Under the pieces are notes generated by a model. That model did not search any database and was not told where the DNA came from. It saw only the letters and a list, made by a program, of their open reading frames with translations. 64,000 bases of DNA from Alphaproteobacteria bacterium (GTDB lineage Bacteria; Pseudomonadota; Alphaproteobacteria; Bin95): the NCBI GenBank assembly GCA_963665325.3, contig OZ224045.1, forward strand, positions 2,464,001-2,528,000, in the 5' to 3' direction. Each line of letters starts with the position of its first letter. Position 1 is the stretch's first letter. Made by a program: the position numbers and the translations under genes. This document shows positions 1-10,746 of the stretch, in pieces.

Positions 1-449
1 ACGGCGCGGGCGGCGGCCTCATCGGAAACCAGGATATGGCTCGCTCTTATCTCCAGCTGGCCCTTTCCGTCGGGATAGGTCTCGTCGTAGAGCGCCTTTA
101 TCCGGGCGTCGTCGATCCGGGTCTGAAGGTAGTCGATCATGTAGTACTGGGTGAGAAGCGTGCGGCGCTGCCGGGTAAGCTCCCGCTGGAAATCCGGGCG
201 CTGGTCGAACTTGGCGGCCTCGGCGGCGGCGTAGATCAGAATGCTGTCGATGACGCGCTCGCGCGCCGTCTGGAAGACCATCGAGGGCGGCGCGCCCTGC
301 ATGGTCTGGGCAATCTCGGCCGCCTGCCGGTCCACATCCGACTTGTAGACGGGGACGCCGTCCACCTTGGCGACTACCGGATCCCCGGTCTGGGCGAAAG
401 CGAGCGCGGGGGCCAGCACGGCCGCGAGCACGAGAAGGAGCAGACGCAT
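1..449 (-). CDS. Parvulin-type peptidyl-prolyl cis-trans isomerase (PrsA/PpiC-like), runs off the window's left edge
   Basis: Not in the ORF track. Manual translation from CAT at 447-449 gives signal peptide MRLLLLVLAAVLAPALAFA, then DPVVAKVDG and the parvulin start EIRASHILV. Confidence 0.85.
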   Translation of the reverse strand, partial: MRLLLLVLAAVLAPALAFAQTGDPVVAKVDGVPVYKSDVDRQAAEIAQTMQGAPPSMVFQTARERVIDSILIYAAAEAAKFDQRPDFQRELTRQRRTLLTQYYMIDYLQTRIDDARIKALYDETYPDGKGQLEIRASHILVSDEAAARA

Positions 450-640
450 GGAGCAAGCGGCCTTGGTTTCGGGCAGGTAAGGGATTGTCGGCAGCATGGA
501 CATCGCGCAGGCCGAGGTCAACGCCGCGGGCGTCCGGGCGTCGGAATTGCAGGATAGGCAACGGCCCCGCGCCGGGCTAGGTTTGTGCCGTTCCGGTCGG
601 GGACGGAGTGCGGGTTGCGAGGGAAGAGGAGGCGGGCGCC

Positions 641-1525
641 ATGCCGCTGACGCAACAACAGGTCGAGCATTTCAACGAAAGCGGCTATCTGGTGCTGCCG
701 GGATGCCTGCCGGCGGACCTGCTGGAGGAATTGCGCCGCGAGGCAGACCTTGCCGTCGACGGCGCGCACGGTCTGGAAGGGTCCGATGCGTGCTACGACC
801 TGGAGGACAGCCACCGGTTCGATGCGCCGCGCGTGCGCCGGCTGAAGACGCCTTTCGAGCACTGGCCCTTCTTCGACCGGTTGATGCGCTCGGCCGCCGT
901 GCTGGATGCCGTGGAGCCGCTGCTCGGCCCCGATATCCGCATCCATAACAGCAAGCTGAACATGAAGTCGGCGCATTTCGGTGCGCCGGTGGAGTGGCAC
1001 CAGGACTGGGCTTTCTATCCCCACACCAACGACACGGGCCTCGCGGTCGGCATCTATCTGGACGATGTGGACGAGGACAACGGCCCGATGATGGCGGTGC
1101 CGGGCTCGCACCGGGGCCCGGTCTTCGATCATCACAGCGAGGGCGCGTTCTGTGGAGGCATCGACCCCGGACAGCACGATGTCGGCCATGAGCGCGCCGT
1201 GCCGATGATGGGGCCGGCGGGCACCTTCACCCTGCACCATGTGCGGGCCGTCCACGGCTCCGCGCTCAACCGTTCGAACCGCCCGCGCCGGCTGTTGCTC
1301 TACAGCTATTTCGCCGCCGACGCCTGGCCGCTGATGGGCCTTGAGGGCGCGACGCTGGAGGCGTTCGACAAGCGCATCTGCCGGGGCAGCCCTACTCTGG
1401 AGCCACGCCTGGAGCCCGCGCCCGTGCGCATGCCGCTGCCGATCGCGCCGAAGCAGGGCTCGATCTACGAGAACCAGAAGACGCTCACGGGCCGATTCTT
1501 CGAGCAGTTCGAGGAAGTCGCCTGA
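641..1525 (+). CDS. Phytanoyl-CoA dioxygenase (PhyH) family Fe(II)/2OG dioxygenase
   Basis: LTQQQVEHFNESGY N-terminus, WHQD iron ligands, GPMMAVPGSH and HGSALNRSNRPRR; GAGGAGG RBS before ATG 641. Confidence 0.9.
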   Translation: MPLTQQQVEHFNESGYLVLPGCLPADLLEELRREADLAVDGAHGLEGSDACYDLEDSHRFDAPRVRRLKTPFEHWPFFDRLMRSAAVLDAVEPLLGPDIRIHNSKLNMKSAHFGAPVEWHQDWAFYPHTNDTGLAVGIYLDDVDEDNGPMMAVPGSHRGPVFDHHSEGAFCGGIDPGQHDVGHERAVPMMGPAGTFTLHHVRAVHGSALNRSNRPRRLLLYSYFAADAWPLMGLEGATLEAFDKRICRGSPTLEPRLEPAPVRMPLPIAPKQGSIYENQKTLTGRFFEQFEEVA

Positions 1526-1547
1526 GACGAACGGAGGCGCGCGCCCC

Positions 1548-2786
1548 TTGACCGAACGGTTCTGCAATCTCGACCGGCTGCTGCGCCTGATGGACAGCCG
1601 GAGGGTCGATGCCGTGCTCGCGGCTTCGCCCAATAATGTTTATTGGCTCTCCGGCTTCAACCTGCCGGCGCACAAGTCCGACGAGCCGCGCCCGCTGGCC
1701 GTGCTGCTGGCCCGCGAGGCTCCCGAGGCGCCGATCATGGTGCTGCCCGACTTCTATCTGGGCGCCGCCGCGGCCCGGTCGGGCTGGATCGAGGACATCC
1801 GCCCCTTCCGGGCAATCCTGCTGCCCTTCGACCAGCCGTCCCGCGGCAAGGCGGACCTCGACAGGTTCGTTACCCCGCAGGACCGGCCGGGCTGGTTCGG
1901 GGGAGCTGCGGACCGCTATGCGCCGGACATGGCGGCCGCGCTCGACCGCGCCATCGCCGATCTGGGCCTCGCCGGAAAGCGCATCGCGGCGGACGAGCCG
2001 AGGCTGGCCGCGCGCCTCTCCGGCGTCGATGTCGAGGACGGCTACGGCCTGATGATGTCCGCCCGCAGCATCAAGACGCCCGCCGAGGTGGACTTGATGC
2101 GCGCCGCGACGGCCGTCAACCGCGCGGCCATCGAGGAGAGCATCGGCGCCTGGACGCCCGGCATGACCTGGCGCGACTTGCGCGCCGCCTACCACGCGGC
2201 GGCGCTTGCGCGCGGCGGTTTCGTCCACGATCCGGGTGCGATGGTGCTGGCGAACGGCTCCGACAGCCCCGTCCCGGTCATCGCGTCGGAGACGCAGGAC
2301 TACGAACTCGAACCCGGCATGCGCATCATGTTCGATTGCCACGGCACGAAGGACCGCTATTGCTGGGACGGCGGCAAGACTTGGATTGTCGGCTCCGAAG
2401 GCGCGGATGCCGCGCGCCCGCTGGCCGAGGCGACGGCGGACGTCATGGCGGAGATCGAGGCGCTGATGGTTCCCGGCGCGCGCATTTCCGCCCTGCAGGC
2501 GGCAGGCCGCGCGGTCTATCGCAAGCACGGGCTTTCGCTCGCCGAGGATGCGCTGATCTTCTTCCACGGGCTCGGCCTCAGCCATCTCGACCAGGAGGTC
2601 GATGCCGAGGGCGCCGTCACCGGCGACTTTGCGGTGGAGGCCGGCATGGCGATCGCGACTCACATCTACTATCCGGGCGACCGGCGCGAGCGCATGTGGC
2701 TGGAGGATATCGCGTTCGTCGGTGAGGCCGGTCCGGCGGAGTCGATCTTCGGCTGGGACTTTCTCCCGCACGGCCTGGACGGGTGA
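1548..2786 (+). CDS. M24 (Xaa-Pro peptidase/creatinase-like) family protein
   Basis: Creatinase-type N-domain (NVYWLSG), RSIKTPAEV, FHGLGL and LEDI motifs; TTG start inferred after GGAGG. Confidence 0.75.
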   Translation: MTERFCNLDRLLRLMDSRRVDAVLAASPNNVYWLSGFNLPAHKSDEPRPLAVLLAREAPEAPIMVLPDFYLGAAAARSGWIEDIRPFRAILLPFDQPSRGKADLDRFVTPQDRPGWFGGAADRYAPDMAAALDRAIADLGLAGKRIAADEPRLAARLSGVDVEDGYGLMMSARSIKTPAEVDLMRAATAVNRAAIEESIGAWTPGMTWRDLRAAYHAAALARGGFVHDPGAMVLANGSDSPVPVIASETQDYELEPGMRIMFDCHGTKDRYCWDGGKTWIVGSEGADAARPLAEATADVMAEIEALMVPGARISALQAAGRAVYRKHGLSLAEDALIFFHGLGLSHLDQEVDAEGAVTGDFAVEAGMAIATHIYYPGDRRERMWLEDIAFVGEAGPAESIFGWDFLPHGLDG

Positions 2787-3010
2787 TCGACCGCTTCCCA
2801 AGCGTGCGTTTCGTGGTGAGGCGCGGCCGGTTGCTGGTCTGGGCGGCGGGCGCGCTCCCGGTGGTGGCCGCCTTCCTCGGCATAGGGATCGAGGGCTGGC
2901 ACTGGTTCTGGATGGCGGTCGGGCTGCTGGCCGGCGTCTGCCTGGCTTTCGTCACCCGCCTGCTCGTCGAGCTGACAATCATCATCGCCGATATGCTGCT
3001 GCCCGAGTGA
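2783..3010 (+). CDS. Small two-TM membrane protein
   Basis: 75 aa, hydrophobic; GTGA overlaps with both neighbours (translational coupling). Confidence 0.65.
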   Translation: MIDRFPSVRFVVRRGRLLVWAAGALPVVAAFLGIGIEGWHWFWMAVGLLAGVCLAFVTRLLVELTIIIADMLLPE

Positions 3011-4380
3011 GCGGGAGCGGCCTCATCGTTATCGGCGGCGGCCTCGCCGGTCTGACCGCTGCCAACCGGGCCGCCGAGGGCGGGCTCGCCGTTCTGGTGC
3101 TGGAGCGGGGCGGGGAGCCGGATTACTTCTGCAATTCGCGCATTGCGGGCGGCCTGCTGCATGTGGCCTTCCGGGACATGACGCGCCCGGCGGAGGAAAT
3201 CCGCGCGTCTGTCGCGGCGTCGGTGGGTGAGGCCCGGGACCCGGCAACCGCGCTGGCGCCGCTTCTGGCGGAGGATGCCGGCAAGGTGCTGGCATGGCTG
3301 CGCGCGGAAGGCGGGGCCTTCGTGCGCGGCGGCGCGCTCGAATTCATGCGCTGGGTGATGGCCCCGCCCCGCCGCCGGCGCGGCGGGCTCGACTGGAAGG
3401 GGCGCGGGCCGGATGCGCTGCTGCGCCGGCTTGCCCGGAACCTTGCGGCGCGCGGCGGGGACCTACGCCTCGGCTGTGCGGCCGAGGCGCTGGCGATGGA
3501 GGAAGGCAGGGCGGTCGGCGTGCAGACCGCCGCCGGTGTGGAGCGAGCGCGCTCCGTGCTCATTGCCGATGGCGGCTTCCAGGACAATCCGGAACTGGTC
3601 CGCCGCTATCTCTCGCCGCGACCGGAGCGGCTGTTCCGTCGCGGCGCCGGCGGTGGACGGGGAGACGGCATCGCCATGGCGGAGGCGGCAGGCGCGGCCA
3701 CGGTCGGCATGGACCGCTTCTATGGCCATCTGCTCGGGCTGGACGCCTTCGAAAACGACAGGCTCTGGCCCTATCCGACGCTGGATTCGCTGGCCGCCGT
3801 GTCGCTGCTTGCGGACGGCGGCGGCCGGCGGTTCTGCGACGAGGGCCTGGGCGGCGTGTTCATGGCGAACGAGCTTGCGCGGCTGGACGACCCGGAAGGC
3901 GCAGCCGTCATCTTCGACGACCGGCAGTGGCGCGAGGACGCCGCGGATAACCGCTATCCGCCCGCGCTCAACCCGAGCTTCCCGTCGGCGGGCGGGCGGG
4001 TGTTCGAGGCCCCGACGATAGAGCGCCTGGCGCAGGACCTCTCCATGCCGGCCCTCGCCGAGACCGTGGAAGCGCACAATGCCGGGCAACACATGCCGGC
4101 CCGCACGGTGAGTCGTTTCCTGGCGAAGCCGATAGCGGAGCCGCCCTTCCGCGCAATCCGCGCCGCCGCCGGCATCACCTACAGCATGGGCGGGCTCGCC
4201 ATCGACCGCGAGGCACGGGTGCTCGACGGGGATTCGCGGCCGATACCCGGCCTGTTCGCCGCCGGTTCCGCCACCGGCGGCATGGAAGGGGGCCCCCGAG
4301 CCGCCTATCTGGGCGGCCTCGCCAAGGCCGTCGCCACCGGCCTGCGCGCCGCCGACGCCATGCTGGCGGAGGGGCGGTAG
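3007..4380 (+). CDS. FAD-dependent oxidoreductase (FAD_binding_2; fumarate reductase flavoprotein/TcuA-like)
   Basis: GGGLAGLTAA Rossmann motif, ADGGF, TYSMGGLAID and PIPGLFAAG; GTG start at 3007. Confidence 0.85.
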   Translation: MSGSGLIVIGGGLAGLTAANRAAEGGLAVLVLERGGEPDYFCNSRIAGGLLHVAFRDMTRPAEEIRASVAASVGEARDPATALAPLLAEDAGKVLAWLRAEGGAFVRGGALEFMRWVMAPPRRRRGGLDWKGRGPDALLRRLARNLAARGGDLRLGCAAEALAMEEGRAVGVQTAAGVERARSVLIADGGFQDNPELVRRYLSPRPERLFRRGAGGGRGDGIAMAEAAGAATVGMDRFYGHLLGLDAFENDRLWPYPTLDSLAAVSLLADGGGRRFCDEGLGGVFMANELARLDDPEGAAVIFDDRQWREDAADNRYPPALNPSFPSAGGRVFEAPTIERLAQDLSMPALAETVEAHNAGQHMPARTVSRFLAKPIAEPPFRAIRAAAGITYSMGGLAIDREARVLDGDSRPIPGLFAAGSATGGMEGGPRAAYLGGLAKAVATGLRAADAMLAEGR

Positions 4381-4387
4381 AGAGCGG

Positions 4388-5068
4388 CTACGGGGTCTCG
4401 CGTTCCAGGCGGTACCATTCGCCCGGGTCGTTCCCGAACGGGAACATCACATGCTCGATGAAGGCCGGACGCTCCGACAGGCGCGCATACCATGACGAGA
4501 TCTGCGGGAAGGCTGGCCGTTCGATTTCAAGGTTCAGATACCGATGGACGAGCGCCCCGAACGGGATGTCCGCCATCGTGAAACGATCGCCGACGACATG
4601 GCCGGTCCGGGCGAGGTGTTTGTCGAGAATGGCGAGGCCGGTTTCGGTCTGCGCTTGCAGCTCCCCGATCTTCCTGCGGTCGCGAACCGCCGGCTCGGTC
4701 CTGACAAGGGCCCATGTCAGGTCGATACAGGGCGGGTAGAGCGTCGTCTTGTGCCAGTCCATCCACTGGTCCGCGAGCGCATATCCCTCCTCGGACCCGG
4801 GCAGCAACGCGCCTTGCCCGTCATAGCGCCTGCACAGGTAGCGGACGATGGCGTTCGATTCCCACAGCACGAAATCCCCGTCCCTGAGGGTGGGAATCCT
4901 CCCGTTCGGGTTCATCGCCAGATATCCGGGCGTCCGGGTGCCGCCGAAGGAGCCCCCCGTATTGTGGCGGGTATGAGGGATTTTGAGTTCGCCGACGGTC
5001 CACATGACCGGCAGGACATTGCTGGCGTTCCGCCGCCCGAACACCTCGATCCTGTTTTGCGCAGCCAT
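4388..5068 (-). CDS. Glutathione S-transferase (GstB-like)
   Basis: GRRNASNV, MNPNGRIPTL, LWESNAIVRYL, FTMADIP. Confidence 0.9.
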   Translation of the reverse strand: MAAQNRIEVFGRRNASNVLPVMWTVGELKIPHTRHNTGGSFGGTRTPGYLAMNPNGRIPTLRDGDFVLWESNAIVRYLCRRYDGQGALLPGSEEGYALADQWMDWHKTTLYPPCIDLTWALVRTEPAVRDRRKIGELQAQTETGLAILDKHLARTGHVVGDRFTMADIPFGALVHRYLNLEIERPAFPQISSWYARLSERPAFIEHVMFPFGNDPGEWYRLERETP

Positions 5069-5091
5069 GCTGTCGAAGGACCTGCCGGCGG

Positions 5092-5676
5092 TCAGGCGAA
5101 CCGGCAGGCGTCGTCGAAATCGAGCCTCGGATGGCGCGGGAACAGCACCGACTCGTCGCCGTGGCCGATATTGCACAGGAAGTTCGCCTTCACGCTCGTC
5201 CCGGCGAAGAAGGCGGCGGTCGCGATGCCTTTGTCGAAGCCCGACATGGCGCCGATGTCGAAGCCGAGCGAGCGGGCCGCGATCATGAAATAGGCGCCCT
5301 GCAAGGTGGCGTTGCGGAACCCGGCCTCCTCCGCCGCCTCCGGGTCGTCCCGGTAGAGGTTGGCCATGAAGTCGTCATGCGGAAAGAGGTAGTCCATGCG
5401 CTCGAAAAAGCGCACGTCGTAGCCGATGACGGCCGTTGCCGGGGCCGCCATCGTCTTGTCCAGATTGCCCGAGGAGAGCGCCGGTGCGAGCTTCGCCTTG
5501 GCCTCCTGCGAGCGGACGAAGACGAAGCGGGCGGGGCTCATATTTGCGCTGGTCGGGCCCCATTTCATCAGCTCGTAGATGCGGCGAATGTCGTCGTCAG
5601 TTATCGGGCGGTCGCCCCAGGCGTTGTGGGTGCGGGCCTTGCGGAAAATCAGGTCCAGGGCGGCATCGTCGAGCAT
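5092..5676 (-). CDS. rutE: Malonic semialdehyde reductase RutE/YcdI-type nitroreductase
   Basis: [49 protein letters not shown]. Confidence 0.8.
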   Translation of the reverse strand: MLDDAALDLIFRKARTHNAWGDRPITDDDIRRIYELMKWGPTSANMSPARFVFVRSQEAKAKLAPALSSGNLDKTMAAPATAVIGYDVRFFERMDYLFPHDDFMANLYRDDPEAAEEAGFRNATLQGAYFMIAARSLGFDIGAMSGFDKGIATAAFFAGTSVKANFLCNIGHGDESVLFPRHPRLDFDDACRFA

Positions 5677-5746
5677 CGACTGGCTCCGTCTGCGGAAGGC
5701 GCTAAACTCCGGGCTCCCGTTCCCGCCGTCAAGGAATCCATGACGC

Positions 5747-6718
5747 ATGCGCGCCGCCATCTGCTCCGCCTGGGGCGAGGTCGAGAGCCTCGAAGTCCGC
5801 GACATGCCCGCGCCGGAGCCCGGCGAGGGCGAGGTTGCGATCCGCGTTGCCGCCGCCGGCGTCAACTTCGCCGACGCCATCATGATCGCCGGCAACTACC
5901 AGACCCGGCCCGAGCATCCCTTCGCGCCGGGGTTGGAGGTCGCAGGCGAGGTGACGGCGGTCGGGCCCGGCTGCGAGCGGCTGTCCGTCGGCGACCGCGT
6001 CATGGCGATCCTCTGGTGGGGCGGCTATGCCGAAACCACGATTGCCAGGGAGACGGAGGCCTTCCTCGTGCCGGAGGGCATGACGGACATCGAGGCTGCG
6101 GCCTTCCCGACGGCCTGGGTCTCTTCCCATGTCGCGATCCGGTGGCAGGCGGACCTCAAGGCGGACGAGACCATGCTGGTGCTGGGTGCGGCAGGCGGCG
6201 TCGGCCTGGCGGCGGTGGAGTGCGGCAAGGCGCTCGGCGCGCGGGTGATCGCGGCGGCGAGCAGCCCGGAACGCCTCGCGCTCGCCGCCCGGCACGGCGC
6301 GGACGAGGGCATCGACTACAGCGCGGAGAGCCTGAAGGCGCGCGTTGCGGAGCTGACGGACGGGCGCGGGGTGGACGTAGTTTACGACCCGGTGGGCGGC
6401 CCCTTGTTCGACGAGGCGCTCTCCTCGCTGGGCTGGGGCGGGCGCATCCTGTTGATCGGCTTCGTCGCGGGCGTACCGCGCATTCCGGCCAACCGCCTAC
6501 TGGTCAAGCACCGCTCGGCGATGGGCTCGTCCATGCGCTATTTCCGCCGCGAGCGCCCCGACCTGCTGCTGCGCAGCATGGAGGAACTGGCCGCCTGGTA
6601 CGGCGAAGGGAAGGTGGTCCCCCGCGTGACCGAGACCTGGGGCCTGGAAGACGTGCCCAAAGCCATCCGCCGCCTGACGGAGCGCCAGGCCACCGGCAAG
6701 GTGGTGGTGACGCTTTGA
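5747..6718 (+). CDS. NADPH:quinone oxidoreductase (MDR/zeta-crystallin family)
   Basis: [40 protein letters not shown]. Confidence 0.9.
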   Translation: MRAAICSAWGEVESLEVRDMPAPEPGEGEVAIRVAAAGVNFADAIMIAGNYQTRPEHPFAPGLEVAGEVTAVGPGCERLSVGDRVMAILWWGGYAETTIARETEAFLVPEGMTDIEAAAFPTAWVSSHVAIRWQADLKADETMLVLGAAGGVGLAAVECGKALGARVIAAASSPERLALAARHGADEGIDYSAESLKARVAELTDGRGVDVVYDPVGGPLFDEALSSLGWGGRILLIGFVAGVPRIPANRLLVKHRSAMGSSMRYFRRERPDLLLRSMEELAAWYGEGKVVPRVTETWGLEDVPKAIRRLTERQATGKVVVTL

Positions 6719-7008
6719 GAGCGCGCTTTCGAGAACGTTCGTCCGTCGACGCCGGCAGACGCGACCGCTCATGGCTATATCTCGCGTGCATATTCTCTTC
6801 TTCCGAAGGCTCTTGTCGTTAGGCTTTCTGTCTGGCGTCTATGTGACGATGAACTCGAACTGGAGCGTTTCTCGGAGTCGCCGGTGAACCGGACGAAGGG
6901 CAATCTATCAACAACCTTGTGTTTCTACGCCGGTTTTCATCGTCACGACCGCGATAGCGCCAGACTCAGCCTTTGAATTTGTAGCGACGGACACGATGGA
7001 GCAGAACA

Positions 7009-7611
7009 TTGGGCCTATTCGAACAGATGGCGTCGGGTACCTTGAAGGAGGATGATCGAGGCGAAACAATATTCCTCTTTCCGTTATTGTTTTTCGTTCC
7101 CAGTCGAGGTTACATTATCCCAATTCGCGAAGACGTCGAACGATTGAAAGAGAATGTAAGAAAATTCTATATGATCCTTATATGGGCAATTATACCCGTT
7201 GCTATTGTTCCTATTACCGTTCTCAATCGTGACGGAGACAATATGGTGTTTATTCTATTGGCAGCCTTCGGAGTTGGGATGATAGCGCGCTTGGCATTTA
7301 TACGACTGTTTCTTTGGAATTTGATACGCGGATACCAAAGAACTACGGAGAAGGTAGGCTTTCTCGAAGCACAACAGATGCAGTCGGATGCCTATTCGAA
7401 GAAGACTCTCAGGAATCTTGGCTTGTTGCTTGCATGTCTCCTCGGCCTGGGTATCGGCGGATTGTTGATGGAGGACAACACTCCTGCGCTTGTTCTGTTG
7501 GTCCTCATGGGGTTTGCCGGGCTGCAGCTTGTGTATCTGGCTCGGATAAAGCGTCGTTCACCCGGCACAGTGCCACAGGAAAAGGTTTCGGGCGGAACAC
7601 TGGAGCAGTAG
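7009..7611 (+). CDS. Hypothetical multi-pass membrane protein in an AT-richer segment
   Basis: 200-aa ORF with about four hydrophobic segments; composition visibly AT-richer than the flanks. Confidence 0.65.
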   Translation: MGLFEQMASGTLKEDDRGETIFLFPLLFFVPSRGYIIPIREDVERLKENVRKFYMILIWAIIPVAIVPITVLNRDGDNMVFILLAAFGVGMIARLAFIRLFLWNLIRGYQRTTEKVGFLEAQQMQSDAYSKKTLRNLGLLLACLLGLGIGGLLMEDNTPALVLLVLMGFAGLQLVYLARIKRRSPGTVPQEKVSGGTLEQ

Positions 7612-7644
7612 ATTGCCGTTCGACAAGAATCGCTGCGCTCCGCT

Positions 7645-9705
7645 TCAGTCCAGGGCGGTCCTTTCCGCCTGAGGTGCGCCAGCGGCTGCTATGTCCGACG
7701 AGCCGTCCAGCCTGTGGCGGTACACCGCGGCGCTTTCCAGTACGCGCTGGATGTAGTTGCGAGTTTCGGCGAAGGGCACCAGTTCGATCCAGTCGATGGG
7801 ATCGACCTTGCCGCTGCGCGGGTCGCCATAAGTGCGCAGCCATTCCCCGACGCGGTTCGGCCCGGCATTGTAGGCCGCGAGCGCGAGCGTGCGGTCGCCG
7901 CCAAAGGTCTCGAGCAGTTCCGCCAGATAGGTGCTGCCGAGCGCGATGTTGTAGGCCGGGTCCTCTCGCAGCCGCGAGCGGCTGTAGGCCATGCCGAGTT
8001 CGCGTGAGACCTGCCGCGCGGTGACCGGCATCAGCTGCATCAGGCCCATTGCCCCGGACCGGCTGACCGCCTGCGGGTCCAGCTCGCTTTCCTGCCGTGC
8101 CAAGCCCAGCAGCAACGCCAGTTCCGGCGCGTCGGACACGCGGCCCAAATCGCCTGCGTCGAAGGCCAGGGGATAGGCCTCTGCAATCAGCGGAACGCCG
8201 TTCCGCCATGCCCGCTTCGCCGCTCCGACCGAAATATGCGGTGCCCCGTGTGCCAGCCCCAGTCGGCTGACAAGCAGATGCTCGCCGGGCGTGCGTGCGC
8301 GGCGGCTCAGATGGGTCGCGAAGGTCCGCATGGTCTCGAAATCCCCGGCCTCGCCGAGAATGCGCACTGCCTGCACGAGCGTACGCGCCTCGAATCTTTC
8401 GCGCTCTTCCGGAGCGATGGCCGGCGCCGCGTCCGGCAAACGGCTGTCCACCGAAAGGACTTTGGCGGCCAATTGCCCGTAGAACGTGGTCGGATGGCCG
8501 GCCGCGCGCCGGAACCACTCGGCCGCCAGGTTCGTGTCGCCGGACGCCTTTGCGGCGCGCCCAGACCAGTAGGCGGCGCGGGCGCGGCTGATCGGGAAAC
8601 GCACGCGCTCGTACATCGCCTGGAAGTGCTTCGCGGCGGCTTCGGGCCGGTTCAAAAAACGCAGGGCCAGCCAGCCGGCCAGCCATTCCGCTTCCGAGAA
8701 CGGGCCGCCCGCGGTCTGCCCGTGCCGCGAAGCGATGCTGTAAGCCTCGTCGAACAGGCCGCGCTTTATTGCCTCCCGGATCTGGTAGCTTTGCTCGAAC
8801 CACCATTTGCCGGGGCGGCCGAGTTCCGCCGGCAGGTCGAGGAGCAGTGCCCGTGCGCCGGCGTCCTTGCCCTTGAGCCGGCGCCAGCGGACCCGCTCGA
8901 ACACGAGGCCCGGATGGCTCCGCAGGTCTTGCGGCACCTGCCGGATCGCCCAGTCCACGCCGCGCCGGCGCCCCATCAGCCGAAGCCGCGCCTCCGCAAG
9001 CCGCTGCTCGGCCTTGCCAGCATGCCGGAGCAGGCGCCGGGCCGCGCCGCGGCGCTCGTCCCAGAGCAGCCGGTCGAGCCGGCGGTTATGGTCTTCGGCG
9101 CCGAGCGCTCGCCGGTGCCTCTTCAGGAAGCGCCTTTCCAGGTCCTCTGGAAAATCGCCTTCGATCCAGGCTTCGCGGAGGAGACGGCGACCGGCATCGG
9201 CCTCTCCGTCTGCGACCAGTGCTTCCGCGAGGCGCTGCTTGCCCGGGCCGGTCAGCGGCGGGAAGCGGGCGAACCAGGCGCGCGCGGCCGGGTCCGGATA
9301 TGTCTCCGGCATCAGCTCCTCGGCACGCCGGAGGAGCGTCGCGCGGCCCGGCCAGTCCGGATGGGCTTCCAGAAACGACTCGATTTCAACGAACGATATG
9401 TCGGCATCCAGGCTCCGGAGCCGGTGCCACTCGATCACTGCCGAGGCGAGGGGATGCCCGGCCCGTTCCGCGCCTTGGGCGGCCTGTTCCCACTTGCCGC
9501 GCGCGGCGGCGTCAAGTGCAGCCCGGAACGCCCGCCACTGGGTCTCGTCCAGAATGCCGTTCGCGACCTTCCGCTCGGCATGCGCCACGCTTGGCACGGG
9601 TGGCGGCGGCGCGTCCGAGGCCACCGACGAGCATGCGGTCGAAAGCGCCAGGGCGCAGCCGGCCAGCGCCGCCCCGATTCCCGCCCGGACAAGACCCCCT
9701 CGCAT
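7645..9705 (-). CDS. slt: Soluble lytic murein transglycosylase (Slt70-like), possible lipoprotein
   Basis: ARQES catalytic Glu, GAMGLMQLMP, AAYNAGP, ETRNYIQRV; TPR-like superhelix; LSTAC lipobox-like sequence; start uncertain. Confidence 0.88.
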   Translation of the reverse strand: MRGGLVRAGIGAALAGCALALSTACSSVASDAPPPPVPSVAHAERKVANGILDETQWRAFRAALDAAARGKWEQAAQGAERAGHPLASAVIEWHRLRSLDADISFVEIESFLEAHPDWPGRATLLRRAEELMPETYPDPAARAWFARFPPLTGPGKQRLAEALVADGEADAGRRLLREAWIEGDFPEDLERRFLKRHRRALGAEDHNRRLDRLLWDERRGAARRLLRHAGKAEQRLAEARLRLMGRRRGVDWAIRQVPQDLRSHPGLVFERVRWRRLKGKDAGARALLLDLPAELGRPGKWWFEQSYQIREAIKRGLFDEAYSIASRHGQTAGGPFSEAEWLAGWLALRFLNRPEAAAKHFQAMYERVRFPISRARAAYWSGRAAKASGDTNLAAEWFRRAAGHPTTFYGQLAAKVLSVDSRLPDAAPAIAPEERERFEARTLVQAVRILGEAGDFETMRTFATHLSRRARTPGEHLLVSRLGLAHGAPHISVGAAKRAWRNGVPLIAEAYPLAFDAGDLGRVSDAPELALLLGLARQESELDPQAVSRSGAMGLMQLMPVTARQVSRELGMAYSRSRLREDPAYNIALGSTYLAELLETFGGDRTLALAAYNAGPNRVGEWLRTYGDPRSGKVDPIDWIELVPFAETRNYIQRVLESAAVYRHRLDGSSDIAAAGAPQAERTALD

Positions 9706-9827
9706 TCGCCCAATCCATTCTGCTGCCGGGCTGCGCCGGCGCGAATCGTTCACAGTATGCCGGATACGACATATCGCGGCCGCGCAAAAGGCATCCGCTG
9801 CCAACTGCGGTTAAAAGGAAGTTCCCG

Positions 9828-10421
9828 TCACAGCGGTCGGCGGGCGCGGAGAGCGGTGGTGAGAGTGCCGTCATCCAGATAGTCGAGTGCGCCGCCGACC
9901 GGCACGCCGTGAGCGAGCCGCGTCACGGACACGCCGCAGCCGCTGAGGCGCTCCGCCAGGTAGTGCGCGGTGGTCTGCCCCTCGACGGTGGCGCCGGTCG
10001 CCAGCACCACCTCCGCAATGCCCGGCGCTCCGGCGCGCGCAACGAGGGCGGCGACGCCAAGCTCTTCCGGCCCGACGCCGTCGAGCGCCGAGAGCACCCC
10101 GCCCAGCACATGGTAGCGGCCCCGGAACGCACCTGTCCGCTCCAGCGCCCAGAGGTCGGAGACATCCTCGACGACGCACAGCGCGGACGTGTCGCGCCGC
10201 GGATCGGCGCAGACGCCGCAAGGGTCCGACGTGTCGAGATTACGGCATTCGGAGCAGGCGGCGATGGATTCCGCCGCCGCCTCCAGCACGCGGGCGAGCG
10301 GCATCATCAACCCCTCGCGCCGCTTGACGAGGTGCAGCGCGGCGCGGCGCGCCGACCGGGGGCCGAGCCCCGGCAGGCGGGCGAGCAGGCGGATCAGCGT
10401 CTCCAGATCGCCGGGCGGCAT
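9828..10421 (-). CDS. recR: Recombination mediator RecR
   Basis: [11 protein letters not shown] HhH, CSEC..PCGVC zinc finger, [20 protein letters not shown]. Confidence 0.96.
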   Translation of the reverse strand: MPPGDLETLIRLLARLPGLGPRSARRAALHLVKRREGLMMPLARVLEAAAESIAACSECRNLDTSDPCGVCADPRRDTSALCVVEDVSDLWALERTGAFRGRYHVLGGVLSALDGVGPEELGVAALVARAGAPGIAEVVLATGATVEGQTTAHYLAERLSGCGVSVTRLAHGVPVGGALDYLDDGTLTTALRARRPL

Positions 10422-10422
10422 G

Positions 10423-10746
10423 TCAGAACGGCAGGCTAAAGCCGGGCGGAAGCTCCAGCCCTCCGGTAAGCCGGCGCATCTCCTCGCGTGCATGGGCCTC
10501 AGCCTTGGTCCGCGCATCGTTGAAGCCGGCCGTAATCAGGTCTTCCATGACTTCCGCCTCGGCCGGGTCGATCAGGCTCGGGTCGATCCTGAGCCCGAGC
10601 AGTTCGCCCTTGGCGTTCATGCGCACTTCGACCATGCCCGCGGCCGCCTTGCCGACGACCTCGTGGGCGGCCAGCGCCTCCTGCATTTCGGCCATCTTTT
10701 CCTGCATTTCCTGGGCCTGCTTCATCATGCTGGCGAGGTTTTTCAT
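10423..10746 (-). CDS. ybaB: YbaB/EbfC nucleoid-associated protein
   Basis: [20 protein letters not shown]; conserved position between dnaX and recR. Confidence 0.95.
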   Translation of the reverse strand: MKNLASMMKQAQEMQEKMAEMQEALAAHEVVGKAAAGMVEVRMNAKGELLGLRIDPSLIDPAEAEVMEDLITAGFNDARTKAEAHAREEMRRLTGGLELPPGFSLPF

